Assembly: GCA_000165425.1 (NCBI GenBank)
Contig: CT868663.1
Location: forward strand, 310,001 to 357,438
Reading direction: 5' to 3'
Length of the DNA: 47,438 nt
Origin: Paramecium tetraurelia
Lineage: Eukaryota
The position numbers were made by a program, and so were the translations under genes. Below the pieces are notes generated by a model. It was not told the origin of the DNA, searched no databases, and saw nothing but the letters and a program-made list of their open reading frames with translations. The stretch's first letter is position 1; the number at the start of each line of letters is the position of its first letter. Of the stretch, positions 38,822 through 47,438 are shown one piece after another.

Positions 38822-41169
38822 TCAAAATATCCTATTGATAATATTATCCAAGTTATATTTTGGATAAAAGTGTTCATAATTTTTAACTTGATCAATTTCA
38901 AAAGACGTTTCGTAAGGATCAAACTTGGGTTCTATTAAAGATTATAATTTGAAATAAATTTACTTTATGGAATAAATACATTTTGTGCTTTGAAGGCTTA
39001 TTATTATTTGATACCCATTTTATTCATAATTAAATTGAGCATATTTTTAATTTCACCTATGTCATCTTGATATTACTCTTGATTCTCTTCTTCCTCTATT
39101 TCCTCTATGATTTCAAATTGAATTTATTATTTCATTGATATTCTCTTTAACTTCCGTTCTCTAATATTATAATCAAAGATAGAGAGTTGAACCTTTTTAG
39201 AAATGAATACTGAATTGAATTATGCTTTTATTTTTCTTTCAAATTCTTCTCTTTTCTATCTATCATCTTTCACTTTGATTCGAGTGAGAATATGCTTAGG
39301 ATAATAGTGAGTGACATCACATTCATCTGCTAAATGATTTTACAGATTGACATGTGAAACATTTTAATTCTAATTAATTAAAAAGTTGAGACTATTCAGA
39401 GTATTATTTGGAAATGAGAAGATGATAAATTTCAAAATCTTTGGGGAAGTTGACAATTTCAGTTAAGAAATCACTTTTAGCCAATTTGTACATATTACAA
39501 CATTATTAAGTTTGAGCCTTGTATCTAAATCTTTGCTCAGTAAAGAATAAGAGTTGACCTAGACATTGGCCTGCTTTAACTAAATCAATTCTTGTCTTTA
39601 TATTAATAGAATTGTGAGCAGTATCTACATACTAATATTGAAAAGTAAAGTACAATCAAAATTTCTCCGTTTTACAGAAACAACAATTGAGGATTGAGGG
39701 TATCAAAGTGAATATTTTCTCCTGGTCCATAGCTTTCTTCTTGCATATATTAAACAAGGGAGCGAATGAACATTTCTGAAAAATTGAGATTCCAAAATAT
39801 CTTGCATTTTACAAAATTGATATAAGTCTCATATTGCAATTGTTGTCGTAATTCTGGAGCAAGTTTAGAGATGAGCAATTGTTCTATGGGTCTATTTCTA
39901 TTCTTCTCATCTTACCAAATGTATTGATAATAGTCGATAATTCTGGCTTGAGTTGACATAGAAATATTTTTGATCTTCATATAACGATTGATAACAGCCT
40001 CATAACTATTGTATCTGATTTCCTGGGAGTTCATTTCAACAATGACATCTCTAATTGAAGCTACATTGAATGCAAACACCATTCCAGCAATAACTAATAT
40101 CAAATTAAGCATTTACTCATTGTAATCAGTGTAATCCCAATTTCATAATCATTCTTAGGTGTGATATCACCATAGCCAACCGTGGATACAGTTGTGGTAG
40201 CCCAATAAAAGGAAACTACATACCTCGACCAATATGACAACTGTTGAATGGTCTAGTCATTCTCAACATAACCATTGTATTCAATCCAAGTTGGAAGATT
40301 GGATGTTCCTGCCTCGTCTCTCTAAAATTCCTTATAAGAAACACCAAAGAAAAAGCAAGCCATTAAGTGATTGACAAATAGAACAACGATGATCAATTTT
40401 AATACTGTATAAGCTGCCTTCCAATCTACAATAACATTTGCATAATTACTGCTTCTTAATTGCAAAGAATGATCAATCTTCTCACTAAATCTTATCACGT
40501 AATACGATCGCAAGTAGAATAGAATACGAATATAGTCATTTTTAAGCAGCAATGACAACATTAATGATATTACTCCAATCAAATCTAATTCGAATTCCTA
40601 AGATTTATATCATTCTACATGCAATACCCAAATAACATACTTTTCTGCTATCACTCTACGATCCAATATTACCTCTCCTTGCTTTTTTATACCCGAATTA
40701 AAGCTAACCAGCAAGTCAGCACCCAGCATTATAATAGAGAAGATTAAATAAGACTTCACTCCAGTAGTGTCATTTGGATTCAGACCGTCTGCCTCATCAG
40801 TGAAAGCTATCTAAAATATCAATATTTGAATACCTTAAAAGGAATATAGAATAGGTAAGTGAAAATTATGATTACGACAACTAGTTGCCAAAGCAATAAT
40901 CCACTTGATTCCGGCTGAAATACAGGAATGGCATTTAAAATTCTAGAGCAATAGCTCATTCTTGGTTCCGCTTTGAACATTTAGATTTCTTTAGACAGCA
41001 TTTACTAAGGAATGTAATTCTCGAATAGAGGATCAAAATCCTGACTAACATCAAAAAGTTAAATTTAAGCTATTGGCGGAATGTCATACAGGATTTGGGA
41101 TTTATTTCTTGCACTTTCTCTAATGCTAAATTCCATAGAACTCTTGTCATCCAAAAGAGGCTTATTCAT
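38822..41169 (-). CDS. CNBD-family (EAG/HCN-like) K+ channel; apparent +1 frameshift at ~39340
   Basis: Six TM segments; pore SFYWATTTVSTVGYGDITP; C-linker and cNMP-binding-like domain; CFTCQSVxHLADEC knuckle; tail FEIDQVKNYEHFYPKYNLDNII. Confidence 0.93.
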
Positions 41170-41933
41170 TAAACAAAAATTTTATTTATCAATGTAATCA
41201 AATTATACTCATATAGAAATAATCATACATTCTCTTGCTAGATTACTAAGAACATAAATTATTGTTTTTATTGGTGTCTCTTGGTTGTGAGTCATTCACT
41301 TTTATGTTTCTTATATGTTCCCCAAATATTCTAAAGATTGTTCCTAACATCTGATTTCTCCTCTCTATCTTATATCTTAATTTTAATAGAAATATTCTAA
41401 TTTTGTAAATTCAAACTAAAACCCTTTTAATACATTTTCCTCAAAATTTAGGCCTTATTCTCATATATATTAAGTTCTATTTTATTCTAATACAGAATTA
41501 AGCTATATTATTTTTGAACTGTTAAAATGAAGATCATTTTAGGTTTATTACCGAATGAATTTACTGAAAACCAATCTCTTTTGTGATAATGGATCTCATG
41601 TAATAAAAGTAATTTTCCAGAAAATTGTATATTATTCATAGATACATATTTCATAATACTAAGTATCTATATAAAAAGATTAAAATTATCATATATAGAT
41701 CAAAAGTAAATTTTAATTTAAGTAAGTATATGAATATAAACTTCTTAAATTTAGTAATTTAGAAAATACTTCTAAAAAACAATAAGATAAGCAAGATAAA
41801 TAACAAGATCATTCTTAGAATGAGAATTCTGAGTAATATTATGCCAATCGAAGCAATGTCTATTGATTTGTAAGATTTTCAATTATTTATTTTTATTAAT
41901 AAAATTTCCGATTATAAAATTATTAACGATTCA

Positions 41934-43835
41934 ATGAAATAATTACCAAAAGGTGATATACCCATAAATCCCCTGACAGATTAATCAATCGATGAATACA
42001 AGTATCCGTTATACACGAACTAAAACTTAATGGAAACTGTTCAATCTCATTCATCCTTCAAACCATAGCTTTTCAAACATTAGGATCTGTATGAAGAATT
42101 GATTCGCAAAGCTGAAACAAGTAAACCAGAACAAAAACATCTTAAATGGAGAACAAATATCCATTTAAGATTAAATGAAGAATACAATGAACTGCAACAA
42201 AAGAAAGAATTATTGAAGGTGAATTATTAATAGTTAGAATTATAATAATGTTCATTCTAACCATCAATCAGTAATAAGAGTAAGTAAATTGGATCCTATT
42301 TTGGTTCATCTCCTCGTTATATGTCACCAAAATCATTTTAAACATAGACATTCCTCCCCTAAACCAAAGAAATCAAACAATCTAGCAGGAAAAGTAATAA
42401 GGAGAACAATCCATAAAATGTATGGGATAGGCTATCAAAATAAAAAGAATGTCGTCAAACTCCCCAGTCTTTTCAGTTACAACCCCAATCAACAAGGACT
42501 TCTTAAAGGCATACTCCTGAAAGAGTGGAGGCTGTTAGCAATAGACTTTACGAAGAAGCCTTTTAACCAAAGAAATTTAAGTTTAATTACCAAGAGATTT
42601 TGGTTGCATCTCCAAAAACTGCGACTTAAACATAACGATCAGAAAAACATTTAGTTAGACATTTTGTCAAACAATTCTATGAAAGTATAACTAATGCCAG
42701 AATTTGGACTTTGGATCATTTAGATGAGAATCTAAATAAAATTGACTTTAAATTTGAAATAGAAAATGATCTGTGTTTATTGACAATAGATGAACTAGCA
42801 ATAACATTAGATAATCTTGGATTTGCTCCATATTAAACTTACGATCATACAAATCAAGACAACATTGTTTTCAGAATATTCAGAGTGCTATAATGTCCTG
42901 ATGATTTAGACCTCATATTGTCTAGAAATTTATTAACATTCTTATTAGCTATGTAAGGGTTTCATGTGGATTTCTAATTGTTACCTAAATACAATAATAA
43001 TTATAGTATTTAATTTCCAAGACAATATAAAAATGATCTGGTCGAATTTGAAGATGGGAATGTGATAATTTAGAATTAAGAAACAATATCCAAACAGTTT
43101 AATCAATTATATTTAAATTATTTAGCATATAAGAAACAGAACAAAAAATTATAGGAACAAGATCAGAATTAATAATTTCAATCACAAAATAAATCTAACT
43201 CTTAAACTAATGAATTAGCTAATAAATATAGAGCAAGAGTACAATCACAGATAACAGAAACTAAACCAATCAATTTGAATGACTATGATCACTATTATCA
43301 AATGAAGAAGGAGTAGTTAAAATAGGAAATTGACACTAATATCAAATAGCAATGTCCTTTTTCACCCAAAATTAATTCAACTTAAACTAGTCCCAGATAT
43401 CATTTGAATAAAAAGAAAGTGCTTTCACCAAAAAAGGAAGAAACTCCTACATTCCAACCAAACTTAAATAAATCCCAGTTATCCTCAATGAATGATTTGA
43501 TTCCATTACCTGAATAAAGAGAAGCTATCAAAAGAATGGTGAAAGGGAGAGTCGAAAAATAATTGAATCAAATAATCATTTCTTAAGGAACTTGTTATTA
43601 AAAGAAAAGAAAAAATATTGAACAATAACTTTATCAAGAAGAAATAAGCAAATTAATTTAATAGCCAATAATGTATATCAATGTAGCCTTAGAGAATAAT
43701 ACGACCAAAAAAATAGCAATTTACCCTGGAGATCAACCAAGAAAATTAGCAGAGAAGTTTATCAAAGATAATAAACTAGACCCCAATTTAGTAAATTAGT
43801 TAACTTAACTTCTTGAAGAATAGTTACTTATTTGA
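41934..43835 (+). CDS. Hypothetical coiled-coil protein with CxFxPxI-type repeats (~633 aa)
   Basis: 1902 nt from ATG to TGA. Motifs CSFQPSIS, CPFSPKIN, PTFQPNLN and a C-terminal domain PIMYINVALENNTTKKIAIYPGDQPRKLAEKF. Confidence 0.8.
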
Positions 43836-43926
43836 AACATTATTTGTTTTATCAAACTTTATTACTTTTATTAATTTATATATATTATGTAATAATTATA
43901 TTCAATTTTTTGTATTTTAACGATCA

Positions 43927-45479
43927 ATGGATTATGATGATTTATTTCGCATATTACCTAAGCCCCCTAAAAAATGGACAACCTAAGAAGTTCTAGTCTG
44001 GTTAAAATATATCGGATATAGTTAATTAGATACTTATTTTGGTAAGAATATAAATAAGAACATAGTAAATGAATGTGTCGATGGTTCATGTTTGGAAATC
44101 TTAACAGATTAAGATCTATTAGATATAGGAATCTCATCTCCATTATAAAGGAAGAAACTTTTGCAATGTAAGAGTTTTCTTAAATTGCATATAGGGATTC
44201 AAATTGGATTGAAAGAATTTACAAATTATTGTAAATCCCATACAAGAAGCGAAGTTACTCCTCAAGTAGTTCAAAATTTCATGGAAGTTCAATAAATTCC
44301 ATCGCCAAGGGTGGAAATACCACAATAAGATAGGTTACTTTTGAAAATCATTCAAGATAGAATATTATAATCCAGACATGAATATGACATCGAAATAGAT
44401 GAGAAAACAACCATGGGGTAGATCCCGATAGAGCCACTTCCATCACCAGGAAGGAGACAAAAACAGTAATTCATCTTGCCTGCACCAAAATCTCAATCGA
44501 AAATAACAGAGGAAGACTTAGCAAGATAAGTGTAATAAAGCAATAAAAAAGTGAGTTTTCATTTAAATAATAGAACATATTTGCTGAATTATAAATTTAA
44601 CAAATTTAAAAGCCAATTTTATTGAGTCCTCAGAAAAAATAACAATTACAAGAATCTAATTATCATCTACCTTAATTTGGTACTCCTAGATTTGATAGAT
44701 AAGAAAAGAAAGACTCAGAGGAAATTCAGTAAAATAATTAATAACAATAAGAATTATAACAATAATAATAACAATAACAATAACAATAACAATAATAACA
44801 TTTAATTTAATCACCAAATACATAAAAAAATAATTAATTAAACATTAAAATAAAAAAAGAAGGTTTAGCAACCATAAACAAGTTAATTACTAAAAATGCT
44901 ACAATAGGAAGAAATCCAGAAAATGACATTTAGTTAGATCATGAATCTGTAAGTAGAACTCATGTTTGGGTAATCTAATTTTATAGTTTAGCTCACTTTT
45001 AAAGAAAAATAGTTTTACTTATAAGATAGAGGGAGCTTAATAGGAACATTCATTCTATTAGAGACAAAAACATAAATAGTGTAAGGATATATCATCTAAA
45101 TGGGAGCTACTGAAGTAGTTATATAAAGTCTTCAGCAAAATGGTCCACGTAAAACCATATTTTAATTGTTTAGAATGTCATATTGTCTTAGCATCTCAAA
45201 TGGGATCAGTCTAATTTACTTTACAGATTGGGAAATCAAAAATGATAGGATCATAAACCTTTGGGGATTAAACCATGGCATTCGATCATGCTTTGTTAGA
45301 ATTTACTAGTGAGGGTGTCAGTATAGAGGATTAAAAAACATCTAGTGGGTATTATTTTAGAGTGAAATAGAACTTGGATGAGACTAAGTAAATCTGGGAT
45401 CTAATCTTAGAGTGTGGCTCTGTGTAGAAGGAGAGTCATAAAAATAGCAGAATACATACTAATAATAGATCCAGAATGA
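43927..45479 (+). CDS. SAM + tandem FHA domain protein
   Basis: SAM: WTTQEVLVWLKYIG...VDGSCLEILTDQDLLDIGISSPLQRKKLL. FHA: TIGRNPENDIQLDHESVSRTH...LQDRGSLIGTF. Second, degenerate FHA: DQTMAFDHA...DQKTSSGTW. Six tiny introns. Confidence 0.88.
44739..44797 (+). repeat. TAA/CAA trinucleotide repeat encoding poly-Gln
   Basis: TAA TAA CAA TAA GAA TTA TAA CAA TAA TAA TAA CAA TAA CAA... in frame in the SAM-FHA gene. Confidence 0.9.
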
Positions 45480-45557
45480 TATTTATATAAATTTAACCAA
45501 AAATTTAGAAAGACTTTCTTAATTAATTTTTAATAATTTTTATTATTGTTTAAAATT

Positions 45558-47076
45558 ATGAATTAAAGTTTACTTCATCTAATCGAAATAGCAAAAATAC
45601 ATAAAAATTAGTTTGATGAATAATATTTTGAAGATATGATGGCATCTTGTAGATTGAATGCATAAAATGATCGTTATTTAATTTTGTTTTTGATTAAAAT
45701 TTGGTAAAATAATTAAGAATTTTTGGGACATAGATTTAAACAATGGGTATAACAACTTAAAGATTGCAATTCAAAATAGGCTCTTGATTTATTAAGAAAT
45801 GGATAAGTTCATGAATGTATCTCTAAGTTTGAATAAAATTTATCCCGCAATGCTTTTGAAGCAATTAAAAAACACAATTTTTTTCCAAAAAGTGATTCAA
45901 TGTAATAAGAAGAAAGTTTTAGACGAGTAAAAGAAAATTTAAAGCAATACGATGATGCTACTTTAAATAAAATCAATAAAATTTTATCAGGTGATGTAGA
46001 ATCGATTCTAGAACTATCTAAATCTGATTGGATCTCTTTTGTTATGCTATATGTTTAGTTTTGTGATTATAGAATTAAACCTTTAGACATGACAAAGATT
46101 CTAAAATAATTAAAATTCTCTATTGAAGAAGAGAATAATAATCTGATGTAATTATTCGGAGAAATCGTATTAACATCATAAAATGTATACATTATTAATT
46201 GTTTACTCAAATATGATTTGCATTTGACCTACTTTTTATATTTGTATTTTGAAAGTAAAGAAAAGGATAAACTTAGATCAGAATATGAAATATAAGTACT
46301 ATATTATTTTATTTAAATTTAGAAAAGTAAATTTTAGTTAATCAAGACCATTCTTAAAGACATTCCAAATGAGATGACATTTGAAAATGAAATCTTATAT
46401 TTTTTTGAGGAAATCACAAATGTAATTACAGATGCTGAGTTTGAGTAGGAATTTTTAGATATTTATAATTCTAAATTGAAAGGAATTATACTTTCTACAA
46501 ACAATTTTAGGAAAAGTATGGAATCTTTTAATTTTAGTTATGAACTTTGTTCAGAATATTGAAAAATTCTCATATGGTAACTCTGCTAGTCTAGTACTCG
46601 AGGTCGTATTATAAAAAATTTTTAATGCACAGTAATAACCATTGGAAGAAAAAAAAAATGCCTTAAATATAATATTTGAAAGGTTTAATTACACAGAATC
46701 TTTTATATAAATAATTAAATAAGTAATAAATAATCATATCAATAATCCATACTTTGATGATATATTTAAAGACTTCTTAAATAATTTTTACTTTTAAAAC
46801 TACAACCAATATTTTCAATAAGAATTAATTCAGCTATAATTTAAATTTGGATTAAAATTGTATGATCTACCATAAACTTAGAATTTCGAATATCCTGAAC
46901 TTCTTATAATGAATATATCCTAAGAGTTTATAAGAAATGTTGTGAAATCTGATGACGCTTTTAAATTGAGGATGAAGATTATTTTAAGCTCTTTATTAGA
47001 ATAATGTTAAAATACATAGGACGAAAAGTTAAATAACAGAAAAAATATTATTAGGCTCTTAATAAGGAGATTGTGA
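45558..47076 (+). CDS. Nup85-like nucleoporin
   Basis: KILSGDVESILELSKSDWISFVMLYVQFCDYRIKPLDM and a later HLTYFL resemble the Nup85 core pattern IxxGD...W..F.....P.VKPxDL...HLTDLL. Two clear tiny introns; TGA at 47074-47076. Confidence 0.65.
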
Positions 47077-47103
47077 TTTAGATGTATGATTAATATGTAT
47101 AAG

Positions 47104-47438
47104 ATCAACTTTTGTTATTCATTTTATTTTCTTTATTCAAAGTTCTTATTATATTATATTAAATCCAAAATTAGTTATTCTGTGATTATAACGGTAATCG
47201 GCTGTTTAGATCCTAAGAATATGTTTTTAAATAAACTATTAATATAAATTACTTAATACTTCGCCTTAGAGAGCAACTTTCTTGTTCATTCTTTCTTTAA
47301 TGTTTTTTAAGATCCTTTTACTATATTTCAACCTTTTAAATAACCAAATTTGCTGAAAAAAGTTATAGAGCAAATTATAGTGAACTTACTTAAATAGGCA
47401 CCTGCGCGGCCACTATACATTTCTCATGATATTAATAT
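47104..47438 (-). CDS. 3' end of a hypothetical gene (partial)
   Basis: YQYHEKCIVAAQVPIQQVHYNLLYNFFQQI, intron, KRILKNIKERMNKKVALQGE, intron. Stop position uncertain. Confidence 0.5.

Larger units (their letters stand above)
1..47438. other. Ciliate (Paramecium-like) macronuclear DNA, genetic code 6, tiny introns
   Basis: Conserved motifs run through in-frame TAA/TAG at Gln positions (dynein [12 protein letters not shown], where Q=TAA). Genes end in TGA. Frames are restored by 22-32 nt GT..AG introns such as 4508-4530, 4820-4846 and 23780-23801. Confidence 0.95.

Noticed and set aside
1..41169. Ciliary motility gene cluster (MORN, dynein, Cav, adenylate kinase, K+ channel)
   Set aside because: These families are very large in ciliates and are interspersed with unrelated genes; no shared regulatory element was seen.
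41200..41900. Long divergent intergenic region as ncRNA or retained IES
   Set aside because: No convincing tRNA or snoRNA boxes and no clear IES terminal inverted consensus by eye.
20579..47076. Two nucleoporin candidates as a functional cluster
   Set aside because: They lie about 23 kb apart with many unrelated genes between; compatible with chance.
1..47438. Abundant in-frame TAA/TAG read as pseudogenisation or readthrough
   Set aside because: This is the ordinary ciliate Gln reassignment.

Overview
AT-rich, gene-dense eukaryotic DNA with the hallmarks of a ciliate macronuclear chromosome, most likely Paramecium. TAA/TAG encode Gln, TGA is the only stop, introns are GT..AG and about 22-32 nt, and many spacers between genes are under 150 nt. 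The supplied ORF track stops at TAA/TAG, so it fragments or misses most genes. Re-translated with code 6, the window holds a partial MORN-repeat gene, a DNAH1-like inner-arm dynein heavy chain, a POM121-like TM+FG nucleoporin candidate, a four-domain EEEE Ca2+ channel and a bacterial-type DUF922-like HExxH protein. It also holds a giant Cys-rich membrane protein, adenylate kinase, a one-finger C2H2 relic, a CNBD-family K+ channel, a SAM+FHA protein, a Nup85-like gene, several hypothetical genes and probable decayed genes. Six apparent single-base frameshifts disrupt otherwise intact genes. Assembly error is the most likely cause, and this is testable. No RNA genes, transposons, telomeric repeats or CRISPR arrays were seen. 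All family assignments are by-eye motif recognition, not database searches.
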